A DNA stretch of 64,000 nt from a virus. The position numbers and the translations under genes were made by a program. Position 1 is the first letter of the stretch, and each line of letters begins with the position of its first letter. The stretch is from positions 1-64,000 of the IMG/VR virus record IMGVR_UViG_3300020578_000017. One strand, given 5' to 3'. Under the pieces are notes generated by a model. That model searched no databases. It was not told the origin of the DNA and saw nothing but the letters and a program-made list of their open reading frames with translations. Below are positions 55,422 through 64,000 of the stretch, in pieces.

Positions 55422-57241
55422 TACTTTGGTTTCCTATTAGTTCGATAAGTATTCGTACCGTGTAGCTTTGAACGTTTTGTATGAAACGCGGTATAAGAAG
55501 ATGCAGTTTTTCCTGCAGCCTCTCTAGCACTATAGGTGGGATATGTTTTTTTTCCAAAGCTGCTTTTGAATTTAGTCGCACAATAAGCCATTCTAGCTAA
55601 AGAGTCTGATTGATCATCGTGCATACCTTCAACTGGAGGGGCTTCTACTGTTATGACGTATTTTGAATGTTGGCTTTCTTCTAAGTTAAAAAGCTCTTTT
55701 ATGAAAGGCTCTGACTCCGGAAATGCTAAATTATCCTTGAAATATTCATGGGGAACTGGTAGTTGAATATTGTTTTCCGCAACTAATAAACCTAATGAAG
55801 AGTAAATTTCTGAGTTTAAGGTACGAGTTACTGTTAGCATCTCAAGGTGCCTAACGCCAGCCTCTTTAAGATGCTCTAGGAAAGGTAAACCACCGTATTG
55901 GTCAAAGTAACCTTTGACAATATAAAATCGCTTACAAATCTCCGCGACTTCACGCGAAATACTCCTTAATGACTGTGGAGTTTCTACAGGTAAACGTGAA
56001 AAGTCATATCTATCGGGTAATCCATAGTTGGTGTGATGTCCGTAATAAACCCTAGAGTAATCAACAATTAAGCGGTCATCTTCCCAATGTCCTAAAGTTA
56101 TAGCGGTTCCGTCATTAATAGAACCAACGTCCATCCCTAAAAAGTAAGGCTGCCCTAACTCACCTTTTAGCTTATAGTTTCCAGGTATAATGCACTTAGA
56201 CTTAAAGGTATCTTTGTCCTTCAGCCACGATCTCTTACTGTCACCAAATTCTGCACCGTACTCTACCATGAAAACGGAAGAGTCTCGCTTGAATCTTGAT
56301 TTCAAGAACTCTGATTCAAGATTAGGGTTAATCTCCCAAGAAGGCATTTGAAGAATTAGTAGACCTGACTTTTTACCTTCAGACAAACCTTGTGTGTATA
56401 GTTTCCATAACTGCCCGGATCTGTTTAAAGGCGATGACAAAGAAATAATCTTACCTTCTTGCTTGCCATTCTTGTTGACAAATGAAGATACTGAAGGGGT
56501 TAGTGCGTCATAAACTTTTTCTGAGCTAGCAACACCGCCGTTATCGATAAAGTGGGCTAACTCGTCCAGTACGACAACGATAGAGGAGCTACCACGCATT
56601 GTCCTTGAAAGTGAACCACCAGACTGTCCTACAATCGCTCCGTCTGCATTAGGTTCGTTTTCAATTTCCCATTGTGTCCTGAATCTAACCTCTTGCTTTG
56701 TTATGTTAGATTTGAACCTATCCAAAATTGGAACTGTAGAGACAATATTTTTTACAGTATTGAAGATATTCTGTGCTGGCTTTTGTCCGTTAGCGATATT
56801 AATAATCTTAATTTCACCGCCACGCATTAGAGAGTAATACTCAAATGGATCTGGTATATGTAAAATCTTATAATACTCATAAGCGGTAATCAAAGAAGTT
56901 ACTGTAGATTTAGTTCCTCTTCTTCCGATGACCATCGCCATTTCATTAAATTGATGACCGTCTTCATTTACATTACAACGGCCCTGGTTATATAAGTATT
57001 GCAGGTATTCGTATTCTGTAAGTTCAAATAACTGAGTTTCCCTGAACTTATCAAACAATTTGATTGTCTTGTTCTGTCTGTCTAAAGGCATGCCGTAGAA
57101 CATCTTTAAAACAAATCTTTGAATAGGGAATAGATTTACTTTAGCTCCCCAGTCACTTTCACAAAAAGAAACGACATCAGCAAGAGTTCTATCAGAGTTT
57201 CCTAAGAACTCACGATTGATAATGTCGTTAATGATTCCCAT
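55421..57241 (-). CDS. terL: Terminase large subunit
   Basis: Walker A GRRGTKS, Walker B VVVLDELAH, ISLSSP coupling motif, nuclease LGMDVGSIND and HDDQSD. Confidence 0.92.
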   Translation of the reverse strand: MGIINDIINREFLGNSDRTLADVVSFCESDWGAKVNLFPIQRFVLKMFYGMPLDRQNKTIKLFDKFRETQLFELTEYEYLQYLYNQGRCNVNEDGHQFNEMAMVIGRRGTKSTVTSLITAYEYYKILHIPDPFEYYSLMRGGEIKIINIANGQKPAQNIFNTVKNIVSTVPILDRFKSNITKQEVRFRTQWEIENEPNADGAIVGQSGGSLSRTMRGSSSIVVVLDELAHFIDNGGVASSEKVYDALTPSVSSFVNKNGKQEGKIISLSSPLNRSGQLWKLYTQGLSEGKKSGLLILQMPSWEINPNLESEFLKSRFKRDSSVFMVEYGAEFGDSKRSWLKDKDTFKSKCIIPGNYKLKGELGQPYFLGMDVGSINDGTAITLGHWEDDRLIVDYSRVYYGHHTNYGLPDRYDFSRLPVETPQSLRSISREVAEICKRFYIVKGYFDQYGGLPFLEHLKEAGVRHLEMLTVTRTLNSEIYSSLGLLVAENNIQLPVPHEYFKDNLAFPESEPFIKELFNLEESQHSKYVITVEAPPVEGMHDDQSDSLARMAYCATKFKSSFGKKTYPTYSAREAAGKTASSYTAFHTKRSKLHGTNTYRTNRKPK

Positions 57242-57243
57242 AA

Positions 57244-57708
57244 CTACTTAATGTTGTCGATATTTCTCTTGACTCTATCTTCTATGTCTATTAGCCTTTG
57301 GTTTATCTTATGAAAGAATACTTCTCTTTCATTGTCATTAACTTTTAGGTCACTAAGAACATCGTTTACAGAAGATAACATGGAGCGAATCAGTTCTACT
57401 ACGTAAGGATTATGGAACGAGAATGTACTATCTGTCGCTGCTTTCTTTTGCTCTGTCGCAATGTCTGCTAATATTTTATATGCTCTTACAATTTTATCGC
57501 TAATATAAGAAGCATCGCCCTTAGCTCGTTCTATTTTTCTTCTTGCAATTCTCATACTATCAATCTCCTCTGCTAATCCAGAAAGGATTATTGAGAAGAA
57601 GTCTGAACTGCCGGAAAAAGCTCGCTCTATCTTATCCTGGACTCTATCTTCAGGCCTAAGAAACTCACCCTCTGGCTCTCTCCGAGAAGGGGTGTTACTG
57701 GAGCTCAT
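57244..57708 (-). CDS. Putative terminase small subunit
   Basis: 154-aa helical protein immediately upstream of terL; call based on position only. Confidence 0.45.
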   Translation of the reverse strand: MSSSNTPSRREPEGEFLRPEDRVQDKIERAFSGSSDFFSIILSGLAEEIDSMRIARRKIERAKGDASYISDKIVRAYKILADIATEQKKAATDSTFSFHNPYVVELIRSMLSSVNDVLSDLKVNDNEREVFFHKINQRLIDIEDRVKRNIDNIK

Positions 57709-59369
57709 AGATTAAACTGATTGAGTCCTTCAACCTCAATAGTTTCAATGCTCTTAGGATTGTCTACAGAAACCATTCTATCTAAAGTAAGATCCTTATA
57801 GAAGGAGCCATAAAGATGATTGTCCTTCAGGGATTCTTTATCGAAGATGGCTTCTTGGACAAATGCCTTTTTAAGTAATGAACAGCCTGCGCCTGCGTTG
57901 TAAGAACAACCACCGCAACGGTTTCCAACCTTAATACTGGATACTAAAGCAAAAGACGAGTTATCACAAGAATCAAACTGATCAGGTGAAGCTGTCTTTA
58001 CTTGTAGTATCGCTAAGTCTAAGGCTTTCTTCGCCTGATTAGTCCCAGAAATCTTAGAAGCAGCTTTAAGAACTCTGTTATAGGAATTACCATTTTTTAG
58101 TGCCTTGGCTGTCTTATTGATTAAATCTTCAGACATTACTGAAACCATGGGTAGTTCAGCAAATGCTGCAGAGATTTGCCTCGGAGCAGATTTTCTCTCT
58201 TGACTAAAAGCAGTTTTACTTACACCACAATGTGAAGACATGTCGTAAACGCAACCCTGGCACTTAGCAGTTCTACTTAAAGATGAGGCATTTTTAAGTA
58301 ACTCTGAATCGCAGCGAGCTACATCTGTTGGCACTGCAGAAAGCGAAGAAGCTGCCTTCGTGAAAACTTGATCTAAATAGTTATGTGGTACTTTTTCTGC
58401 GAACTTAACTTTAAGCTCTTCTACTGAGTATCCCTTTTGTAAATATTTAGCAGCTACCTTGACATAAGAATCTTCATTAAATGATTTCTTATTTTGAGCT
58501 AATGGAAGCTTTGCCTTTACACCAGCGACTCTTTGCTTAACTTCTTTCCTGGCAAGAAAAGCTTGTTGAAGCTTTTCTTTGTTTGCCAAAGAAGCATGCT
58601 TGCTTAAAAAGCTATCGTCTACTCTTTTAACTGAAAATAGGTAATCTAAGTATTGCTGCGTATTGTTATCAGTAAAAATTTCTTGTTTTGTGGCAATCTT
58701 CTTTGACACTAAAGCACATCGCCCAAAGTTATTAAAAGAACACCCACCGCAAGCGGAGGTTTTTAAAACAAACTTTGCTAACTTATTGTACTTATCGGTA
58801 ACTTCTTTTGCCTTGTGACAGCTATCAAAGGCAGTAACATCAACATAAACGTTTCCAAGTAAACCTTCTTCAGAAGCTAAAAGATTTCTGTTTGAAGCTG
58901 CTTTCTTCCACTCTTCTTGAGGCATATACTTACGTGCTTCAAGATTTAAATTCTCGCCAGTATACCCTCTGTGCATTAGTCTTCTTAAGAACTTATGACT
59001 GTTTGTGGGTGAACCAGATGATGCAACTCTAGACACTGAGTTTGGTGCATACTTATAAAGATTATCTGCTGTTTCTTCTGAATGATCCCAAAGGCTCTTC
59101 TTTTTAATCTGTTCTCTGATTGGTGGATTACCCTTTACTAGCTTGAAAGCCCCGTAAAGTGAATCTGTAGTGTCGCCCCAGGTATACTCAAGCTCAGAGT
59201 TCGCAGGCTCAATAGAGTTAGAATGCTTAAAGCTGATAGGCTCACTAAGCCAAGATAGGTCTACTATTGAAGCATCTTTGATTAGGTCAGTAATATCTCC
59301 TAAATCAACTTGCGGACCCTCACCGAATACGGAATCTAAGGACGGATTAGTTAGTTCATCTTCACGCAT
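57705..59369 (-). CDS. Protein with three Cys4 metal-binding repeats, K-x-A-rich (probable head-internal protein)
   Basis: C..CGGCSFNNFGRC, C..CQGCVYDMSSHC, C..CGGCSYNAGAGC. Confidence 0.7.
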   Translation of the reverse strand: MREDELTNPSLDSVFGEGPQVDLGDITDLIKDASIVDLSWLSEPISFKHSNSIEPANSELEYTWGDTTDSLYGAFKLVKGNPPIREQIKKKSLWDHSEETADNLYKYAPNSVSRVASSGSPTNSHKFLRRLMHRGYTGENLNLEARKYMPQEEWKKAASNRNLLASEEGLLGNVYVDVTAFDSCHKAKEVTDKYNKLAKFVLKTSACGGCSFNNFGRCALVSKKIATKQEIFTDNNTQQYLDYLFSVKRVDDSFLSKHASLANKEKLQQAFLARKEVKQRVAGVKAKLPLAQNKKSFNEDSYVKVAAKYLQKGYSVEELKVKFAEKVPHNYLDQVFTKAASSLSAVPTDVARCDSELLKNASSLSRTAKCQGCVYDMSSHCGVSKTAFSQERKSAPRQISAAFAELPMVSVMSEDLINKTAKALKNGNSYNRVLKAASKISGTNQAKKALDLAILQVKTASPDQFDSCDNSSFALVSSIKVGNRCGGCSYNAGAGCSLLKKAFVQEAIFDKESLKDNHLYGSFYKDLTLDRMVSVDNPKSIETIEVEGLNQFNL

Positions 59370-59374
59370 AAAAG

Positions 59375-59575
59375 TTAATCCTTAATTGGACCTTGCTCAT
59401 CATTGACAAGCTTTACGACATGTGTGCCGTCATCAGAAAGTTGCCAGAAATCAAGCGTTGATTTGTGGATTAGAAGATTACTTGAACCAACTTTACTAAA
59501 GCCCTGAAGGTCTCTTAGTGAAGAAATCTTTAGAACTTTAAGATTATGCTCATTATCTTCTTGCATATACACCAA
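59375..59575 (-). CDS. Small hypothetical protein
   Basis: LLIHKSTLDFWQLSDDG..VKLV; first gene after an AT-rich spacer. Confidence 0.65.
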   Translation of the reverse strand: MVYMQEDNEHNLKVLKISSLRDLQGFSKVGSSNLLIHKSTLDFWQLSDDGTHVVKLVNDEQGPIKD

Positions 59576-59613
59576 TACTTGTAAAGTAACTATTAAAATA
59601 ATATAACTATATG

Positions 59614-60309
59614 TTACAAAGAAGGCTCTTCGCCGACATACTTTTCTAAAGTAGCTATGAACTCTTCTTCAGTTACCCAAAAGCTTGAAATATCCATATT
59701 TCTTACGATGTTTGGATTTTTTCTAATTAGCTCAAATGCACTGAAGTAAACCCTATAAAGAGGGTCATTCTTGCTAAAGGCTTCAAGTATCTCCAATGAT
59801 CTTAATAGACGATATCTAATTTGTCCCTGGGAAAATCCTAGCCTTCTTGCTACTCCTGACTGAGAAGAAGTCTCATACATCAAGATTAAAATCTCAACGT
59901 GAAGAGGATCTAGCATAATCCTGTCTAAATCTCTAATTAGTTTCTCTTTGCATAGCCTAGGGAGGACTGTTAAAAATTTAAGTCTCTCTACGGCTGTTTT
60001 GCATCTATAACTAACAGCGCCTTGAGTTATTCCGAAAATCTGGGCAATGTCATTCTGATCTTTATTGAGTTCAAAATACATATGAATGTAATCTCTCTCA
60101 ATAGGATCTAAGTACTGTACTAGCTCAGATACCTGCGCTAACTGCTCTCTGAATATACGTCGTAATTCTGTTTCTTTAGCTTCTGCTTCCATATCTAAAA
60201 CAATCTGCTCTTCTTCAGAATCTGGATCATAAGCTAAGTTAGAGTCTGCACCAAAACGAGCTTCAAGCTCGCTGGGCTCCATAGAAAAAACAAACCAGTT
60301 AGAGCCCAT
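59614..60309 (-). CDS. Protein with two tandem sigma70 region-4-like HTH domains
   Basis: LDPIERDYIHMYF..KDQNDIAQIFGITQGAVSYRCKTAVERLK and LDPLHVEILILMY..SQSGVARRLGFSQGQIRYRLLRSLEIL. Confidence 0.75.
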   Translation of the reverse strand: MGSNWFVFSMEPSELEARFGADSNLAYDPDSEEEQIVLDMEAEAKETELRRIFREQLAQVSELVQYLDPIERDYIHMYFELNKDQNDIAQIFGITQGAVSYRCKTAVERLKFLTVLPRLCKEKLIRDLDRIMLDPLHVEILILMYETSSQSGVARRLGFSQGQIRYRLLRSLEILEAFSKNDPLYRVYFSAFELIRKNPNIVRNMDISSFWVTEEEFIATLEKYVGEEPSL

Positions 60310-60313
60310 TAAT

Positions 60314-60844
60314 CTAAACCCCTGTCAAGCAAACTTGAGGAACTTCTACTTCTAAAGTCTTTGAAGCTAGCTCAATCTTTACAATAGCGTTGCTGCTATC
60401 TAGTAGTTTTACAACTTTACCTTGAAGACTGCTGTAAAGGCCCTTAGTTATAACAACATTTTGACCTTTTTGTAGATTAGCAAACATCATGTTATGAAGT
60501 TTATGCCTTAAAGAATTGATATAAGAGTCAGAGACCAGTTTTGCTCTTCTCTCTTTTCTGTTTTTTGTTATGGTGACAATATGATCAAAGAATCTGTTAT
60601 TCTCTAGAAGATAAGGATTCTTCCTGATTGTATTAGTTTTTATAAAAATATAACCAGGCATTATGCTTTTGATTATTTTCTCGTTATCAATCTTCTCTGA
60701 AGAAGATGGAAAAAATATCTCACACTCACCTATGACATCAAAAACTTCTTGTTTAAGTACTTCCTCTGGTTGCTGTTCGCCAACATAACTTACGTTGACA
60801 ATTATCCAGCCTGGATCTTCCTCTGTAAAAAACCTACTCATCAA
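60314..60844 (-). CDS. nusG: NusG-family transcription elongation/antitermination factor (NGN + KOW)
   Basis: WIIVNV..EIFFP..IMPGYIFI (NGN); LQKGQNVVITKGLYSSLQGKVVKL..VKIEL..EVEVP (KOW). Confidence 0.8.
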   Translation of the reverse strand: MMSRFFTEEDPGWIIVNVSYVGEQQPEEVLKQEVFDVIGECEIFFPSSSEKIDNEKIIKSIMPGYIFIKTNTIRKNPYLLENNRFFDHIVTITKNRKERRAKLVSDSYINSLRHKLHNMMFANLQKGQNVVITKGLYSSLQGKVVKLLDSSNAIVKIELASKTLEVEVPQVCLTGV

Positions 60845-62090
60845 TTAACCTGCCACCTAAAAGATTTGCTAGTTGCTCTGTAGAGCCCATATTTACGCCG
60901 CTTTGACTATGTGCGCTATTTCTATTGCGCTTTGGGTTTCTGGCTAGCTCTACAAGTGGCATAGCTTCAGACTTTCCATTTTTTATTGAGTTTACGAAAG
61001 TAGAAAGACTAGGCTGGCTGCTTAGTAAACTGTAAAGAGGGTTACCAATTCTATTTCTAGCCTCAATTAATAATACGTCAGCTATTAGTGCTTCTTTAGT
61101 AAGACCAAAGTGAGGGCTTCCGAAAAACTTTGCAATAACTAAAAGCTCTTCGCCAAAAAGATCATAGGCATTTCTGGCTAATGCTTTATTAAAGAAGTCA
61201 ACCTCTTTTAGTCCCTTTGCCTCGCTATAGGCATCGATAGAAGCCTTGGCTAAACCAAGACTGACATCTCTAGGTGACTTCTTTGTAAGCATTGTTTCTA
61301 GTATTTTAAGCGATTCAATGATATTGTTTGGAACATTAAGTATAACTTTGATAAAATCTTCTCTTATTTGAAGAGAAAAATGTTCTTTAACTAAGTTTTC
61401 AGTTATGCTTCCAAAGATACTAATCTTATCTAATAACATTATAGCATCGCGCATGTAGTTTTTTGAAAGTTGAGCTAACTGTAATAAAGCTTTTGTTTCA
61501 AAAATAAACCCTTCTTGCTCACTTATTAGTGCAAGGCGCTTGCAAATATCATCAAGACTGACGTTTACTAACTCTAAATCAAAGCACCTTCCAGACAACT
61601 CCGGGGCAATTTTATTTGAGTCTGTGGTAACTAAAATAAGTATAATTTTATCTGCAAGATCATCAATTACTTGCTTTAGAAGTATCTGACCTGACATTGA
61701 AATAGTATGAGCTTCATCAATAACAATAATCTTTCTTGAAGAAAACTGAGAAATCTTTTCTTTAAGAATTTTAATGTCATTTACGCTTGAAATACTACCG
61801 CCGTCTAACTCGATATAATCTTTGTGTGATTTTGCATAAAAATCTTTACAAGACGGACACACAAGACACGGCTCTTGTTCTGCAGTTCTATTGTTGCATA
61901 AAATAGAGCTGCTAAATATTCTTGAAAGCGTTGTCTTTCCATTACCATGCGATCCCTCAAGTATGTAAGCAGCCTTAAAGGCGTTTCTAGCTAAAACAGC
62001 CTTTAATAACTTCACAGCACGAGTTTGCCCGACCACATCTTTGAATAGATGTGGTCGGTACTTATTCGCGAGAGATACCGAAGTTTGCAC
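60834..62090 (-). CDS. dnaX: DNA polymerase III clamp loader subunit gamma/tau-like
   Basis: LANKYRP..DVVGQ, Walker A GSHGNGKTT, zinc C..PCLVCPSC, Walker B IIVIDEAH, SGRC sensor, MRDAIMLLD. Confidence 0.9.
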   Translation of the reverse strand: MQTSVSLANKYRPHLFKDVVGQTRAVKLLKAVLARNAFKAAYILEGSHGNGKTTLSRIFSSSILCNNRTAEQEPCLVCPSCKDFYAKSHKDYIELDGGSISSVNDIKILKEKISQFSSRKIIVIDEAHTISMSGQILLKQVIDDLADKIILILVTTDSNKIAPELSGRCFDLELVNVSLDDICKRLALISEQEGFIFETKALLQLAQLSKNYMRDAIMLLDKISIFGSITENLVKEHFSLQIREDFIKVILNVPNNIIESLKILETMLTKKSPRDVSLGLAKASIDAYSEAKGLKEVDFFNKALARNAYDLFGEELLVIAKFFGSPHFGLTKEALIADVLLIEARNRIGNPLYSLLSSQPSLSTFVNSIKNGKSEAMPLVELARNPKRNRNSAHSQSGVNMGSTEQLANLLGGRLIDE

Positions 62091-62095
62091 TGAAA

Positions 62096-63139
62096 TTACG
62101 CCAGTTTTGGTAAGTCTAGGTTTAAAAGCGAACCAGCTAGTGACTCATACCGTAGTCGGTGGTTGTCGTTCAAGTCCTGGGCTGATCTAGTGATAGTATT
62201 AGTAACCTGCCAGAAATTAGAAATATTAGGGTCTAATGCCTGGCCCTCAACTGACTCAACAAAGTTTTTGTTAAGCCCTCTGCGGTTTTTAAGAGATGTA
62301 AAAAGATCTCTAACTTGATCATTTGATACCTTATGGTCAAGAGATAGACGAATTCTTGCCATCATCTCAATCAAATCTTCTTGCATTCTATCTACACAGT
62401 TAGTTAGTATAGCAGATAAATCATCAGCCATTATATCTCTAAACTTAGAAGAAAAGTAAGAAGAGTTACCATACGTTACAATAGCTCCATTGCTACAGAT
62501 TTTACGAAATAGTAACGCATCAAGCGTAAGTGCTCCCATACACAGTTCTGAAGACCTAAGATGGAAACCTAAACTACACTCTAGGCCGTCGCCTGGATCA
62601 AATGTATGATTTGTGAAAAATCTAGCATGAAAGTCCTCATCTTCCATACCTGCACCAGAAGCAAAATCTAAGTTGATATTACCAGAGCCAAAGGATGCCG
62701 TAACAATATCAACAAGGTCTTTATTGTCTACAGGTACAATATCTTCGTCAATAATGGCCCTTACGTGCTTTGGTCCGTCTGTTGTCTCATAATAACGAAT
62801 AATTTTATTGCTTGATAGTTTTGACTTCTTTGAACCTGAATCATCACCAGATAAAGCCCTATCAATCCAGAAATTCATAATACCGTCATTTAAGAAGTTT
62901 GGATTTTTAACGACAAATGCATGTGGTACTTTAATCATTCTACAAAGCTGCTTCAACGCAGTTTTTGTTTGAAGTACAAAATCTTCTTGCGTATTCCTAT
63001 CATGCATGATATGTAATCCCGTCTCAGGGTCATGGCGATAGTCCATACTACTCAAATCAATATATTGATTTTTTGTAACGTTTTTTGTGGCCCTTACTTC
63101 AGCGTCAAGGACTTCTAATTCACTAATACGATCTGACAC
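62096..63139 (-). CDS. DUF932-like protein
   Basis: ALKQLCRMIKVP, VRAI..VDNKDLV, LRSSELCMGAL..LFRKICSNGAI, VTNTITRSAQ. Confidence 0.7.
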   Translation of the reverse strand: MSDRISELEVLDAEVRATKNVTKNQYIDLSSMDYRHDPETGLHIMHDRNTQEDFVLQTKTALKQLCRMIKVPHAFVVKNPNFLNDGIMNFWIDRALSGDDSGSKKSKLSSNKIIRYYETTDGPKHVRAIIDEDIVPVDNKDLVDIVTASFGSGNINLDFASGAGMEDEDFHARFFTNHTFDPGDGLECSLGFHLRSSELCMGALTLDALLFRKICSNGAIVTYGNSSYFSSKFRDIMADDLSAILTNCVDRMQEDLIEMMARIRLSLDHKVSNDQVRDLFTSLKNRRGLNKNFVESVEGQALDPNISNFWQVTNTITRSAQDLNDNHRLRYESLAGSLLNLDLPKLA

Positions 63140-63157
63140 GACGCCCTCCTGTATCGA

Positions 63158-63835
63158 TTATAGAGACAGCTTCTGGATCATATTTCTCGGATCAGACACC
63201 CACCACTCATTCAAATCCTTGTAGGGGTACTCCAGAATGCTGGCAGACTTTCCTACTTTCTGGAATCTGTCTTCCCAATACTCACATCCCTTTCTTCCTG
63301 GCTCATCCATATCGAAAGCTAGAATAAACTTGTCTGCATATCTGATAATCCTCCTAAATTGTCCTTCAGTGAGTGTCCTTGTCAATGAACAAACCGAGTT
63401 TGGTTTTACGTGAGCAATAGAAAGTAAGTCAAATATACCTTCAGTTATGAAAACAGTCCTACTTTCCCATATATGCGGTAAGGCTTGTTTCCATCCCCAA
63501 AAGTTACCTTTAAATGAGGCATACTCTGGTATGAAATGTGAATAGTATTTAGACGACAATGATCTTGTTGAAAATGAAATAACACTGTTATTGTCATCAT
63601 GATGTGGAAAGATAAGTCTATTTGTGGTAGGAAACTTACCTGAACAAAAAGTTTGATTCCACTGACTTGCTTCTATAGAGCTTCCTTGAAGTTGATAAAA
63701 CTTCTTTATAAATCCTATTGAAAACTTATCTACTAATGAGCTTGTAATGTTTCTGGATTTTAAATAATCTAAAGCACTAGTTTCTTTCTTAAGTCTTTCA
63801 TGGGCTTCGGTAGACCAGGCAGTAAGATTCAACAT
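63158..63835 (-). CDS. dnaG: DNA primase catalytic core (TOPRIM), lacking the N-terminal zinc-binding domain
   Basis: ALDYLKSRNI..FSIGF, NRLIFP..VISFSTR, VFITEGIFDLLS, AFDMDEPG, YKDLNE. Confidence 0.8.
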   Translation of the reverse strand: MLNLTAWSTEAHERLKKETSALDYLKSRNITSSLVDKFSIGFIKKFYQLQGSSIEASQWNQTFCSGKFPTTNRLIFPHHDDNNSVISFSTRSLSSKYYSHFIPEYASFKGNFWGWKQALPHIWESRTVFITEGIFDLLSIAHVKPNSVCSLTRTLTEGQFRRIIRYADKFILAFDMDEPGRKGCEYWEDRFQKVGKSASILEYPYKDLNEWWVSDPRNMIQKLSL

Positions 63836-63851
63836 AGGGTAAATACTTATA

Positions 63852-63888
63852 GAAAAAGGGCCTGTTAGGTATTTACCTAACAGGCCCC
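63852..63888 (-). terminator. Intrinsic terminator
   Basis: Minus strand GGGCCTGTTAGGTA-AA-TACCTAACAGGCCC followed by TTTTTCT. Confidence 0.85.
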
Positions 63889-63902
63889 AGTCTCTGTGTT
63901 TA

Positions 63903-64000
63903 CTAGGGAACGACTACCGTGTCAGTAGCGAATCTGGGTGAACCAGCTACCCTTACGTGAATGTAAGCAGTACCGCCGCCAGCAAATGCTGCTAGGTTTA
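63903..64000 (-). CDS. C-terminal fragment of an upstream gene (partial)
   Basis: ...NLAAFAGGGTAYIHVRVAGSPRFATDTVVVP-TAG, followed by a terminator. Confidence 0.6.
   Translation of the reverse strand, partial: NLAAFAGGGTAYIHVRVAGSPRFATDTVVVP

Noticed and set aside
3324-59385. All other short plus-strand and nested minus-strand ORFs in the track
   Set aside because: They lie within or largely overlap longer, motif-bearing minus-strand genes and lack recognisable motifs.
28520-59612. Consensus late promoter in AT-rich spacers (TATTATTTTA-like, TATAAACCTTTTAT)
   Set aside because: Too degenerate to separate from AT-rich background by eye; needs motif discovery and transcription start data.
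1-64000. tRNA/rRNA genes, introns, inteins, transposases
   Set aside because: Intergenic spaces are short with no cloverleaf seen; terminase, portal and DnaX are of ordinary length with no intein or homing-endonuclease motifs.

Overview
This window is the morphogenesis region of a large (jumbo-type) tailed phage with a contractile tail. It is AT-rich and uses the standard genetic code, and every credible gene lies on the minus strand in one tightly packed unit. In transcription order (right to left) it carries: a primase-like TOPRIM gene, a DUF932-like gene, DnaX, a NusG-family factor and a double sigma-region-4 protein; terminase, portal, prohead protease, scaffold, decoration protein and major capsid; fibre, beta-helix, Ig-like and neck genes; an actin-like ATPase and a SWIM-finger protein; then tail terminator-like, sheath, tube and two chaperone genes. 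These are followed by FOUR tandem, paralogous tape-measure-like genes of about 1170-1200 aa, two tube-initiator paralogs, a hub, a giant spike and a >1790-aa Ig/propeller ORF that runs off the left edge and is absent from the ORF track. The most unusual observations are: (1) four equal-length tape-measure paralogs with different C-terminal payloads; (2) an actin-like ATPase embedded in the neck module; (3) a pervasive [K/R]-x-A(S) motif in head proteins, which may be a herpes-assemblin-like maturation site; (4) a NusG plus tandem-sigma4 pair in front of a ~60 kb late unit containing internal terminators; (5) an apparent ATT start codon and a candidate -1 frameshift about 350 nt apart. All product calls come from reading motifs by eye; no database search was run.
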